DNA from: a virus
IMG/VR virus record: IMGVR_UViG_3300011688_000001
Location: 1 to 37,977 of that record
DNA length: 37,977 nucleotides
Strand: one strand, 5' to 3'
The notes beneath the pieces are model-generated. The model worked only from the letters and a program-made list of their open reading frames with translations. It did not search any database and was not told where the DNA came from. Positions 25,068 through 34,710 of this stretch are shown piece after piece. Both the position numbers and the translations under genes were made by a program. Within the stretch, counting starts at the first letter, position 1. Every line of letters begins with the position of its first letter.

Positions 25068-25408
25068 TACAGTCCTGCTCCTTTCTTAAATGCCCTCTTC
25101 CAGTTATCCATGTGTAACTTTTTAGCCTTTGTGTCCCAACGCTTACCAGTACCCTTCACGGTATACTTTTTAAACTTAACGATGCCGTTCGTCCCGTAGA
25201 ATTGTGCACGACTATAAACAGTTGACCATTGCACACTGTTACTCGATGCGTGCCCAGACGCCCTCAATTCGCCGTTACGGCTTGGAACATAGATAGACAT
25301 ATCAATTAACGCTTGATTGGCTACTGCCGACTGACCACGCTGGAAAGCCTTCTGGCTAATTTTCTTGTTAACGCCACTCAAGTCAATCGTGATTTTTGTG
25401 TTGGCCAT
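25067..25408 (-). CDS. Head-tail joining protein (minor-capsid-family-like)
   Basis: Synteny. TAATG stop-start overlap with the upstream gene. Confidence 0.45.
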   Translation of the reverse strand: MANTKITIDLSGVNKKISQKAFQRGQSAVANQALIDMSIYVPSRNGELRASGHASSNSVQWSTVYSRAQFYGTNGIVKFKKYTVKGTGKRWDTKAKKLHMDNWKRAFKKGAGL

Positions 25409-25749
25409 TAAATCACCCCTAACTCCCATGAGTAGGTTTCATCAATACCAACTTGACTATAGGTATTGATACTTTTAACCATGAATGACTTACCATGGAA
25501 AGAAACCTTTGCATCGAGCCACGTGTCATCAATAACTAATCCAGGTTGATTGAACGCATAGATGTAAATTGTTGCATTGGCTACCTTTTGACGTTGCGAA
25601 CCACTACCGCTATAGACTTCCTGTTCATCTACTCGAACATGCTCAATTGTTTCTGCATCAAGATAAACTTGCGTATCGTAATCATTCAATTCAGACTTTG
25701 CAACTTCAATCTGATGGATCAAAAATAATTCATCGGGGTTATCAAGCAT
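25408..25749 (-). CDS. Head-tail joining protein
   Basis: Synteny. ATGCTTGA overlap with the upstream gene. Confidence 0.45.
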   Translation of the reverse strand: MLDNPDELFLIHQIEVAKSELNDYDTQVYLDAETIEHVRVDEQEVYSGSGSQRQKVANATIYIYAFNQPGLVIDDTWLDAKVSFHGKSFMVKSINTYSQVGIDETYSWELGVI

Positions 25750-26131
25750 AAGAGACCCCCGAATACAGTAAACCAGTACCATACAAGGCTTGCTTTGCAT
25801 CTAGTGACAAAACGCTTGCTTCGTCAGTTGTTGGCTTAGCAAATGATTTGTTAATTGTTGTCCCACCAACAGACTGAGACACGCTCACGGGCTTATCAGC
25901 CACCGCCTGTGCTGTTGTGAGCCTGCTTGTATACATATGGTTAATCTGAAACGCCATGGCTAATTTAAACGGCTCACGGCGCCACTTAACATCAGTCGTT
26001 AAATCCGTTGTCATATAGAATGACCGCGTCACACGATTTAATTCAATCTCGGCACGTCTTTCGAGTTGATCATAATTATCAGGTGCTGTCCCTGGATTTA
26101 ATGCGACATATTCCTCTTTACTTAAATACAT
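25742..26131 (-). CDS. Head-tail connector protein
   Basis: 129 aa. Position downstream of the capsid gene. Confidence 0.5.
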   Translation of the reverse strand: MYLSKEEYVALNPGTAPDNYDQLERRAEIELNRVTRSFYMTTDLTTDVKWRREPFKLAMAFQINHMYTSRLTTAQAVADKPVSVSQSVGGTTINKSFAKPTTDEASVLSLDAKQALYGTGLLYSGVSYA

Positions 26132-26168
26132 AAAGACCTCCTAATGGGCTTCTCACCCCATCTGGAAA

Positions 26169-26411
26169 CTATTCGGTTTCGTCAGTATTGTCTGGTTCAG
26201 GTTCAACCGCTTCGGCAGCCTCTTCCTCAACCAGTTCAATAATTGGTGACCCTTGAAGTCGTTCATCACGACCGTCATTGTGATCACCGAGTAATTCATT
26301 AATTCGTGACTTTGGTGTGCTTACTGGCATCAAGTCACCCTGCTTACGGATTACACCATTCGCTTTTGCATCAGCAAATTCTGGCACGATTACCTTATAT
26401 CGATCAGTCAT
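26169..26411 (-). CDS. Hypothetical acidic head-module protein
   Basis: 80 aa with an E/D-rich C-terminus. Confidence 0.45.
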   Translation of the reverse strand: MTDRYKVIVPEFADAKANGVIRKQGDLMPVSTPKSRINELLGDHNDGRDERLQGSPIIELVEEEAAEAVEPEPDNTDETE

Positions 26412-26422
26412 AATTCACCTCC

Positions 26423-27253
26423 TTAGGCAGATGGTACTGTCGTGGATGCGACAAGCAAGGCATCGTTGTAGATAGCCACACCGTAGTGTTCATCAGCGTT
26501 GAACTTCGTCACCTTATGATCCATATCACGGCCAACTTCAGCAAAGATGTCACGCTTCAAGTAAGTCTTCAAAGCACCAGGCTTAACGGCAACGAATTGG
26601 TTTTGTTCTAACTTCATTGATCGAACGATTTCCCAACCCAACAATTCACCGAACAATCCCTTAACTAAGATGTCATCGCCAAGTTGAGTTGGTCGTGTCC
26701 AATCTTGGCCAGCCAACTTACGTAACTTAGCAGCATCCTTATAAGACACAAACAAAACACCAGTAGTTGAGATGTTGTTATCTTCAATAGCATCAGGTGC
26801 ATCAGTAAACGTTGCTTCCAACTTGTCAATCAAGTCCAAGTCGATGTCTGCAGTGAGCTTCAATGGTGCCTTTAATGCTGTGGCAAGAATGTCATTGTCA
26901 ATCTTTGAGGCAATGGCCATACGTACTTGACGTTGTCCTTCACCAACTGGATCACCCAAACCAGACAAGACTGCTTCATCGGTGATTTCGACACCCTTCG
27001 CTGCCTTCTTGATAGTCATCGTGCGCTTTGTTTGTTCCAGCTTTGAATACTCAATGGCTGCGCCTTCAGCAACTTCATCCGCATCACCAATGTACTTGTA
27101 TGATGGGACAGTAAGTGTTGAACCAGGCACACCAACCAATGTTGTATCAAGTGGTGCGATTGCGCTGAACTTAATAGCCTTTGGTAGTTGTGCTTCAATC
27201 AAATCGGCCATCACTTCTGGGTCGATCAAGTTTGCTAATACTGTAGTTGTCAT
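26423..27253 (-). CDS. Major capsid protein
   Basis: 276 aa, directly after the scaffold gene. SD GGAGG. Confidence 0.75.
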   Translation of the reverse strand: MTTTVLANLIDPEVMADLIEAQLPKAIKFSAIAPLDTTLVGVPGSTLTVPSYKYIGDADEVAEGAAIEYSKLEQTKRTMTIKKAAKGVEITDEAVLSGLGDPVGEGQRQVRMAIASKIDNDILATALKAPLKLTADIDLDLIDKLEATFTDAPDAIEDNNISTTGVLFVSYKDAAKLRKLAGQDWTRPTQLGDDILVKGLFGELLGWEIVRSMKLEQNQFVAVKPGALKTYLKRDIFAEVGRDMDHKVTKFNADEHYGVAIYNDALLVASTTVPSA

Positions 27254-27255
27254 AT

Positions 27256-27867
27256 TTAATTACCTCCTAATAGGGCTTGATATTCTGTCGGGTTGTTTGA
27301 CTTCAAATCCGACAGTTCTTTGTACGTGTAATCCGCCATTGCCTTTCCTGAACCACCAGGATTAGGGTTGGGATTACCACCATTTACGATTTTTGGCTTA
27401 ATTGGATCAGCCTGCGTTTCAAACAAGAATGGATTTTCAGTCTTAACTGCTTCGATTTGTTCAGATAAACCAGTGATCTTACCTTCCTTGTCCAACTTGA
27501 TAACATCACGATCTAATAACGCCGATACGGCCTTATCGTTCAAAGCACCGTTTTCTTTCAAAGCAAGCTTCAACTCATAGTCCACTTTTGTTTGTGAGAC
27601 ACGATTTTCTGCTTCTTGCTTGGCTGAGTCCAAGTCCGACTGCAATTGTTGCAACTGAGATGTCAATTCTTGATTGTTTCCTGCTGCCGCCTTTGCATCA
27701 TTGAGTTTTGTTGTGACATCATCAACCTGTGATTGATAACCATCACGTTCAGCAGTCAGTGTTGACACTTGAGCGTTCAGGTCATTCACTTCTTGACCAT
27801 GTAATTTAAAAACGCTATCGACTTGTTCCTTTGTCAAACCAATCGCAGTTAAATCTTCTGTTTTCAT
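27256..27867 (-). CDS. Scaffolding protein
   Basis: 203 aa, coiled-coil, between the minor head and capsid genes. Confidence 0.7.
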   Translation of the reverse strand: MKTEDLTAIGLTKEQVDSVFKLHGQEVNDLNAQVSTLTAERDGYQSQVDDVTTKLNDAKAAAGNNQELTSQLQQLQSDLDSAKQEAENRVSQTKVDYELKLALKENGALNDKAVSALLDRDVIKLDKEGKITGLSEQIEAVKTENPFLFETQADPIKPKIVNGGNPNPNPGGSGKAMADYTYKELSDLKSNNPTEYQALLGGN

Positions 27868-27922
27868 ATACTTTCCTCAGGTGTTGTTCCGGCAGTCACC
27901 CCTGCCATGGATTTTGTGCATG

Positions 27923-27969
27923 AAAAAAAACGGTTTATTTGATAAACGGGGACATGTTCGGGTCCCCGT
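27923..27969 (-). terminator. Two overlapping alternative hairpins followed by U8, between the minor head and scaffold genes
   Basis: ACGGGGAC-N8-GUCCCCGU (27946-27969) shares ACGG with a second hairpin (27931-27949) that is followed by UUUUUUUU. Confidence 0.5.
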
Positions 27970-27972
27970 GGG

Positions 27973-29166
27973 TTAATTCGACATTGTGTTTTTAAGCGCT
28001 TCAATTCGTTTTGCATCCTTAAACGCCTTTTCTCTTGAATAGTCACGGCTTAAGAAGTCATTGACAGGCTGATCAAGTAATTCCCTGATACCACTTTGTA
28101 ATGAGCTAACACGTTGACGGTACTTATCAATTAAATCTTTGTCCTTTAGTAGCTTTGCCGCTTCTAGATGGTATTTAGCATCACGTATTTCACGTTCAAA
28201 TGCCCGCTGTTTCGCTTGCTCTTTACCATTGGCAATAGCATCTGCTGGTGAGGGTATATCTTCATCAGGTAATTCATTCACCCCGATAATAAATGGTGTC
28301 AGCACGTGGTGACAGTTAACACCTAGTGTGCCACCTGCTTCTCCCCAATCATGTTCGTACAGTGACGGCACATAACCAATCTCACTATTGAACCCCTTAG
28401 GTTGTTTGGTGACAATGCGTCCTTGAATTGGTGCACATGCGGGTCGTGCTGCCTTGTGTGAACTCATGTGGAAAGTTGACACACCCATTTCATCGGCTGC
28501 TTGTGTCCGCATCATGTTGTATGTCTTATACGTTGTGGTCTGCATTAACATACGAGCATAGCTGTCAAAGCGCCAGTTACGTCCACCCTTGTCTTTGAAC
28601 GATGATGATATACCTTTGGCTAGTGCAAGCTCTACTGACTTAGAGAAGGCTTGCTGTGTGCTCATAGCGCCAGTCGTTACATTAACAACGGCTTTAGTAA
28701 TCATACGTCGATAAGCAATCATTGCTGGATTCACACCCAAATTCTTAGACAACAGACTTTCATTAACAAAGTTTTGTAAGTCTGCTGTTGTTTGTGCTGC
28801 AATAACTTCAAGTGTTTGGTGTACATCGTTATTTGGTGTTGATTTGTTTAAATCGTTAGCAAGTTGATCAGCAGTCTTTTGATATACCGTGATGCCCTTA
28901 TTAACCAATATTTCATTAATCAATTCGTCAGCAACACCAACCTGTTGTTTGATAAAAGCGATATTTTCAGCATTAAGCATGTGCATGTCTTGCAACTTTT
29001 GTAACTGCCACACATACGGATTTTCTGCTAAATCAACCGCACCACGTTCAATCATGCGTTTAATCATACGTAGCATTAACTCTTGGGCAATTTCTTCGTA
29101 CAAATCACCTAATAAAGATGCCCCTAACGTCATTTGATCATCGTTGTTTGGTATTTTCTTAGCCAT
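27973..29166 (-). CDS. Minor head / head morphogenesis protein (SPP1 gp7-like, minor capsid protein 2 type)
   Basis: 397 aa, immediately after the portal gene. Confidence 0.7.
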   Translation of the reverse strand: MAKKIPNNDDQMTLGASLLGDLYEEIAQELMLRMIKRMIERGAVDLAENPYVWQLQKLQDMHMLNAENIAFIKQQVGVADELINEILVNKGITVYQKTADQLANDLNKSTPNNDVHQTLEVIAAQTTADLQNFVNESLLSKNLGVNPAMIAYRRMITKAVVNVTTGAMSTQQAFSKSVELALAKGISSSFKDKGGRNWRFDSYARMLMQTTTYKTYNMMRTQAADEMGVSTFHMSSHKAARPACAPIQGRIVTKQPKGFNSEIGYVPSLYEHDWGEAGGTLGVNCHHVLTPFIIGVNELPDEDIPSPADAIANGKEQAKQRAFEREIRDAKYHLEAAKLLKDKDLIDKYRQRVSSLQSGIRELLDQPVNDFLSRDYSREKAFKDAKRIEALKNTMSN

Positions 29167-29168
29167 AA

Positions 29169-30659
29169 CTAATTACCAAACATACCAGCATCATTAGACA
29201 ACGGTGGTTGCTGTTCTTGGTTAATTTCTGCAATCATCGTGTCTAATTCTTCATCACTCAAATCACGATACAGTTTCTTCATGGCATAGCGCTTTGAAAC
29301 TAGCCCGCCTGCAGCCGCTTGACTCCAATAAGCAAGTTCGCTTGTCTTATCCAAGAAAACTCCATCGTCAAAGCTAACACGAACGTCATCTAATGTTGGT
29401 ACGTCACCTTCGTAAAGACCAAATACCTTACCTAACTCCAAAATCGTCACGATTAACTCTTGTACAGCCCGCTCAACGTTATTGAGATGGCTGTTTCGTG
29501 TCCGATAAGTCATTGAGTTTTCACTCACAACTTCAGTAGCTGTCTTTAATCCTTGTCCGTCAAATGATAACGTTCCAACTGATAACCCGACCTGCATCTC
29601 AAGCGTCTTCAAGAATTGATTAATACTCGTGATGTAGTCGGCTGCACGAATTGGTGTGGTCATGTCAGTGACCTTCATCTCATCAACACCCGCACCCATG
29701 CCAATGAAAACGTTCTGGTCCGCCTCAAACGTTTCTTGTCGTTCACCACCTTCAGAAACCCGCACACTGATCATGCCTTCAGGAACAGCCACACGTCTTT
29801 GCCCCATTTTCAACTCCCAAAAGAATTGATCATAGGCGGTGTTAATCTGGTCAAGTGTTGGCCGTGCATTGTCGTAAATAGACAAACCAAGTGGGCTAGT
29901 AATATCCTTGTTGTTGAATCCAAACGGCTTGAGATAAATAAACATTGGTCGTGTTAGACCAGCCAGTGTAACGCTTGGCTCTAAGTCATCATAGAGATTA
30001 GTCAATGGTACTTGAACACCAGTCACATTCGCTTCATCTGATCGGTACAACTCGTTATCAATGTGATATAAGCCATTGTCGTCCCAGTAGTGGAACTCTA
30101 GCAGTGTGTAGTAAGCGTTATGCCCCTTTTCAACTTGTGTTGTTCTAGTAGCGATTGCTGCTTCACTCACATCATTCGTATTTGAACGCAGTGGAAAGAA
30201 TACAGGCGCTTGAACATAGGCGATTTTAATCTCATCACCTGACACATAAGGTCGCATAGCTAGTCCACCCAACGCTAACATACTTTCAAGATAACGTTCA
30301 AACGACTTATTGAAATCATTTGCATCTAGCACATCATGTGCAAACTTGTCAGCATTATCGTTCCCTTCAATCGCAAATGTTGCCTTCTCGTTGAAAAGGA
30401 TTGATGCCTGTTGTTGAACAACTACCTTAGCCACGTTCAAAGGTTGAAACGGACGGCTCTTTGATTGCCTTGACGTGTTGTTGTATCTTACATCTGGATA
30501 TTCACCCCTGAAATAAATCAAGTCTTTCTTGATGCGTTCATACTCACCAGGTGACACATTAATTTTTGGGTGATCTAATACGCTATTCAGTGAACTTACA
30601 ACGCCCATTTGTGCGCCTCCTATCTTAAACATTGTTTTAATTCTATCTAGTAGCTTCAT
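29169..30659 (-). CDS. Portal protein
   Basis: 496 aa, directly after terL. SD AGGAG. Confidence 0.85.
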   Translation of the reverse strand: MKLLDRIKTMFKIGGAQMGVVSSLNSVLDHPKINVSPGEYERIKKDLIYFRGEYPDVRYNNTSRQSKSRPFQPLNVAKVVVQQQASILFNEKATFAIEGNDNADKFAHDVLDANDFNKSFERYLESMLALGGLAMRPYVSGDEIKIAYVQAPVFFPLRSNTNDVSEAAIATRTTQVEKGHNAYYTLLEFHYWDDNGLYHIDNELYRSDEANVTGVQVPLTNLYDDLEPSVTLAGLTRPMFIYLKPFGFNNKDITSPLGLSIYDNARPTLDQINTAYDQFFWELKMGQRRVAVPEGMISVRVSEGGERQETFEADQNVFIGMGAGVDEMKVTDMTTPIRAADYITSINQFLKTLEMQVGLSVGTLSFDGQGLKTATEVVSENSMTYRTRNSHLNNVERAVQELIVTILELGKVFGLYEGDVPTLDDVRVSFDDGVFLDKTSELAYWSQAAAGGLVSKRYAMKKLYRDLSDEELDTMIAEINQEQQPPLSNDAGMFGN

Positions 30660-30667
30660 GTAGACTC

Positions 30668-31993
30668 CTAGTATTTGAGACCAAGCAACGCAGCATTATC
30701 AAGCACAAAGTATTGTGTCTGATCCACGGTGTGGTCATCTTCTTTGATTACTTTAGGGTCATCGGTGTTGATTGTCTTGTCATCATATCGATAATCACGA
30801 TGTTGTACGTACCATATCTCGTTGGCTGGTGTATTGAGATAATAAAAACGCCCACTCGCTACTAACGAATGAACGTAATCTATCATCTCTTGCTTTCTCT
30901 TTTTTGCTACTGGATGCCAACTAATACCGTAGTCCACAGCATACTGATTTTTTAATGCTGCTTCAGCACTATCTATCGTGCGCTTAATGACTTCAACATG
31001 TCCCCAGCGTGGATCCTTGTTTTGTTTCACGATCCATTCATACACCATCTTCGCTAATTGGCTTGGTGACTTCTTAACTGTTTGGCCACTTGGTGAGTAG
31101 TACAACGTATCTAATAAGATGACGTTATCCTTTTGCGTGATGCCGTACAGTGATACAGTAGTTGCTGACTGCGAGTGACCACCATCTAATGAGTAAGCAA
31201 CATAACGTAATGGATCATCACTTGGCAATTCGTTAAGTGGCTTAAATAAGTCGATGTTATAGACATTGCTATCATAACCAACCGCTTCACCTAGGTAGAT
31301 GTAGCGATAGTAATCATAGTCATTATCTTTGATACGATTGATTTCATCGAGTATCTGACCACCATTAGCCTTTAGTAGCCCTAATTCATCGTCAAGATAA
31401 CTTGAATAATCAACCAGATAATTTGGATCACCTCTCTTTTCTGCTACCCACTCATTAATCCAAGCATAGGGATTACGCGGTGGGTTGTACGACCAGTAGA
31501 ATTTAACGTGTGGCACATCCTTCTGCTTTTGTCGCATGAATGTGATGTTTGTCTGGTCAAATTCTTCAGCGCTTTGGAATTCGGCTGATTCTTCATACCA
31601 CACGGCAATAATGTCATTGATATCGTTTGACTTCAACTTCTGAAAGTCATCTGAACCATAGAAATAAAATGTTGAACCTGTTTGCTTATGCGTAATCTTA
31701 AACGGTGATACGGTAGCTGAAAAACGTCCCATCATACCAAACTTCTTAAGCGCCCACTGTATCTTTTGAAAGACTGAGTCACGAATCGTGTTACCGACTT
31801 TTCTGATTACCACGATGTTAGCCTTACGACCATGTACAATCTGATCAATCATCAATCTTGCTAATTTTAAGGCTACTACCGATGACTTGAATGAGTTACG
31901 TCCACCGTACAGAATGTTGTACGGCTGTTTACCAATCCATACATCCTTAAAGTGAGGTTGCACCTCTTGTTGAATATTAATCGTTGGTGTCAT
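30668..31993 (-). CDS. terL: Terminase large subunit (PBSX/Terminase_3-like, headful type)
   Basis: Walker-A-like region YGGRNSFKSS and a C-terminal nuclease region. The start is ambiguous between 31993 and 31999. Overlaps the terS end. Confidence 0.88.
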   Translation of the reverse strand: MTPTINIQQEVQPHFKDVWIGKQPYNILYGGRNSFKSSVVALKLARLMIDQIVHGRKANIVVIRKVGNTIRDSVFQKIQWALKKFGMMGRFSATVSPFKITHKQTGSTFYFYGSDDFQKLKSNDINDIIAVWYEESAEFQSAEEFDQTNITFMRQKQKDVPHVKFYWSYNPPRNPYAWINEWVAEKRGDPNYLVDYSSYLDDELGLLKANGGQILDEINRIKDNDYDYYRYIYLGEAVGYDSNVYNIDLFKPLNELPSDDPLRYVAYSLDGGHSQSATTVSLYGITQKDNVILLDTLYYSPSGQTVKKSPSQLAKMVYEWIVKQNKDPRWGHVEVIKRTIDSAEAALKNQYAVDYGISWHPVAKKRKQEMIDYVHSLVASGRFYYLNTPANEIWYVQHRDYRYDDKTINTDDPKVIKEDDHTVDQTQYFVLDNAALLGLKY

Positions 31994-32486
31994 CTTCATC
32001 ACCCCAACTGTCGACAATCACAATCTTTGCATCACTTGATACGCGATCATCGTTCATCAACCTTACTCTTGCTTCTGCCATGTCAGCATCAGCGGTCAAT
32101 TTACGCACCTGTTGTTCAACTAGCTTGTCATTACCTGGGTAGCGTTTAAGTATCTCTTTTAAGGCTGTGATGCGTGTCTTAATATCCGCTTCTTTTTCAA
32201 CCGTCTCTACACCGTCCATAGTGCCTACTACGACCGTCTCCATTAACTCACCTCTGGCTATACTAGTTAGCAACTCAACGGCTTCTGTGTAGCCCATAAC
32301 GCGGTCTGATGCGATTTTATCCATGCGTTCAGCTATGTACGATTTAATATTAGGTTTTATTAAGTTTTCAGCTCCAATAACTGCTGCTGTCTTCTTACTA
32401 TAACCCGCTTCAATCGCTGATTGCGTTGCGTTTCCAGTCTTGATGTACTCATCCGCAAACTTCTGCTGTTTCGGTGTTAATTTCAT
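31977..32486 (-). CDS. terS: Terminase small subunit
   Basis: N-terminus MKLTPKQQKFADEYIKTGNATQSAIEAGYSKKTA is the classic terS HTH. Confidence 0.88.
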   Translation of the reverse strand: MKLTPKQQKFADEYIKTGNATQSAIEAGYSKKTAAVIGAENLIKPNIKSYIAERMDKIASDRVMGYTEAVELLTSIARGELMETVVVGTMDGVETVEKEADIKTRITALKEILKRYPGNDKLVEQQVRKLTADADMAEARVRLMNDDRVSSDAKIVIVDSWGDEDDTND

Positions 32487-32520
32487 GTCATTTCGGCACC
32501 TCCTTTCAACGTTTTACTGC

Positions 32521-32545
32521 AAAATAAAAAGCGCTTATTCAGCGC
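32521..32545 (-). terminator. Intrinsic terminator (GCGCU-GAAUA-AGCGC + U5AU4) with the upstream gene's stop codon in the hairpin
   Basis: Read directly from the sequence. Lies 35 nt upstream of the terS start. Confidence 0.6.
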
Positions 32546-33017
32546 CGTCAAGATTTATAAAGTTGATTTTAAATTTACGTCTTTTGTTTCCTGCTAAAAC
32601 GACTACTAGTTTCGGATTCTGTTCCTTCACGAATTTATATGCCGACATATCGCGAACCCATTTTTTGACTTTGTCTGTATCGATTCTTTTGGCTTCAAAA
32701 CCTCTTATCACGATTGGTTCTGCCTGTAAAAAATTTGAAATAACTGTACCGTCTTCATACTCAACTTCTATATCTTTAATCAATAAATCTGGGTCATTTA
32801 TATTGAATATATCTATTTCAAATCTGGGCTTCACATCATAGATTTCTCGGTTATTAAATTTAACTGCACTAGCTATAACTGTTGCGTCCACACCATACTT
32901 AACTTTTGTTCTTCGATAGCTAACCGCTATCCAAACAGCGCCGATCGTACCAACAGCACCAAACCAATCCGCCACTCCCTGATTATGATTCATCCATTCT
33001 ATTACGGTTAATATCAT
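32535..33017 (-). CDS. Hypothetical N-terminally membrane-anchored protein (160 aa), AT-rich moron
   Basis: Strong SD GGAGGGGAG and a TATAAT box upstream, with its own terminator. TM helix WFGAVGTIGAVWIAV. I recognise no family. Confidence 0.6.
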   Translation of the reverse strand: MILTVIEWMNHNQGVADWFGAVGTIGAVWIAVSYRRTKVKYGVDATVIASAVKFNNREIYDVKPRFEIDIFNINDPDLLIKDIEVEYEDGTVISNFLQAEPIVIRGFEAKRIDTDKVKKWVRDMSAYKFVKEQNPKLVVVLAGNKRRKFKINFINLDGAE

Positions 33018-33108
33018 CTCTCCCCTCCAATAGCAGTAATTATACTACTAGAGAGACGTGGGTTGGATTAGAAATTGTTGAATCGCTTAACCATCGTCTT
33101 TTTCAATG

Positions 33109-33312
33109 TCATTTATGTTCTTCCAAATCATTTAAGATTTTTTCTTTCTCATCTAAAAGTTTGGACCTTTTATCAAGCAAGTTATCTATCAGTTTTTTTC
33201 TTTCATCAATGTCTTTTACAATTTTGCTTGCACAATTTATCATCAAAAACGAAGCTAAAAACAACAAAATGGCTAATAGCATTAATATTAAAGCGAGATA
33301 ATCATTATTCAT
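33109..33312 (-). CDS. Small TM + coiled-coil protein (67 aa)
   Basis: Hydrophobic N-terminus LALILMLLAILLFLASFLMI and a charged helical tail. Confidence 0.5.
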   Translation of the reverse strand: MNNDYLALILMLLAILLFLASFLMINCASKIVKDIDERKKLIDNLLDKRSKLLDEKEKILNDLEEHK

Positions 33313-33321
33313 ATCATTCTC

Positions 33322-34533
33322 CTAAACGTGCCACTCGGCAACTAACTTGTCACTATCATATTCAAGTGCATATAGCTCTTTTTTAGATAACGTCCAACCG
33401 TTCATGATTTCGTAATTGTCATTCGGTTTAACTGTTCCAAGTTGTCGACTAATCACGCCTCCCTCATCAACTGTCTTTTCCTTGTGGAAGTGACCTTTGT
33501 GAATTTCACGACTGTGCGATAGTGACCATGCACCACCAAACTCATTTGCAAATAGCATGGGTAGGTTTTTAGGTGCTAGATCACCATGGGCTAACATGAT
33601 GCCAACGTTATCCAATAAATAGGCATCACGGAACTGGATATTGTTCTTGATAACAACTTGTGGGTACTTGGCTTTCAAATACTCCATGAACATGTACTCC
33701 ATGTTGCCTGAATGATTGCCAGCCATTTGTTTGATGTGAAGTGTTGTGCTGTTTTGCAATGCAGCAGTGACCAAAACGTCAAAGAACTGCTTAGCGTCCT
33801 CAACGGCTTGCACCATATTAACCTCATCAAGCAACGTGCCTTTTAAAGTCTGTGATGACCACATCTGACTAGAATGGAATAGATCACCTAGCTGCTCGAT
33901 CACAATCGTTTTGTAACCCTTATTGATAAGCTCTAACAGCCTATCTAAGTGACCTTTAACATCAAGCATGGTAGTTATACCAAAATGCAAATCAGGAAGC
34001 GGTACAACCAAATTGTGCGTATCTCGTGCAACCTGATTGACCGTGTATGGCTTAATGTCTGCTTTGAACAGATTAGCAATATCTTGTGGCGTTAATTCAT
34101 CATCAACTTTAGGCTTAACATTAACCTTTAACTGGAAGTTCCACTTTGGCCCATTATCTGTTGGTGTCGTCCATTGGTTTGGAATTGCTGACACGATGCG
34201 CCAGTCGTTTACATCAAGATTAAGATACTCAAGAATATCTTCTGGTGTCTTTTGTGTCTGCTCATTCAGTAGTAGATACTTGGCTGTGATTTTAATATCA
34301 TCAACCTTACCGTCACTGCCATAGCTATATTTAGGCTCGATACTAAAATGGTCGTTTTCATCATTGTGTGATTGTGGCGCTTTTACACTTGCATATCGTT
34401 GCACAGAACGTCGCGCATAATACACACCTGTTTCTTCATAAAGTTTTTCAACTATATTTCTTGGATCAAGTCCTTGCTCACGCAATTCTTGAACACGCTG
34501 CTTTAATTCATCAGTCCATTTTGTGTAGCCCAT
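33322..34533 (-). CDS. Mre11/SbcD-like metallophosphoesterase with about 190-aa N-terminal extension (HTH-like start)
   Basis: Ordered phosphoesterase motifs PDLHFG, GDLFHSS, GNHSG, LAHGD and GHFH. The start could be the ATG at 34533 or the GTG at 34542. Confidence 0.7.
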   Translation of the reverse strand: MGYTKWTDELKQRVQELREQGLDPRNIVEKLYEETGVYYARRSVQRYASVKAPQSHNDENDHFSIEPKYSYGSDGKVDDIKITAKYLLLNEQTQKTPEDILEYLNLDVNDWRIVSAIPNQWTTPTDNGPKWNFQLKVNVKPKVDDELTPQDIANLFKADIKPYTVNQVARDTHNLVVPLPDLHFGITTMLDVKGHLDRLLELINKGYKTIVIEQLGDLFHSSQMWSSQTLKGTLLDEVNMVQAVEDAKQFFDVLVTAALQNSTTLHIKQMAGNHSGNMEYMFMEYLKAKYPQVVIKNNIQFRDAYLLDNVGIMLAHGDLAPKNLPMLFANEFGGAWSLSHSREIHKGHFHKEKTVDEGGVISRQLGTVKPNDNYEIMNGWTLSKKELYALEYDSDKLVAEWHV

Positions 34534-34703
34534 CACTGCCACTTCCTATCATCATAAAAGGCATCTTTGCGCTTGTCTGTATTAGAACTGCGTTTAGATG
34601 CCTTATTGTGTTTCTTATTATATTTTTGTTGCTTATCTAGCCTGCGGTAGATGTTTAATTCATCATCACTAGCGACAAGTCCATAATCTTTATCGATTTT
34701 CAT
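34533..34703 (-). CDS. Small basic protein (56 aa)
   Basis: SD GGAGAA before the ATG at 34703. Lys/Arg-rich C-terminus. Its stop overlaps the phosphoesterase start. Confidence 0.45.
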   Translation of the reverse strand: MKIDKDYGLVASDDELNIYRRLDKQQKYNKKHNKASKRSSNTDKRKDAFYDDRKWQ

Positions 34704-34710
34704 AGTTTCT

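Noticed and set aside
27864-28046. 60-aa minus-strand ORF spanning the minor-head/scaffold junction.
   Set aside because: It overlaps the 3' end of the minor head gene out of frame and runs through the terminator hairpins. It has no SD.
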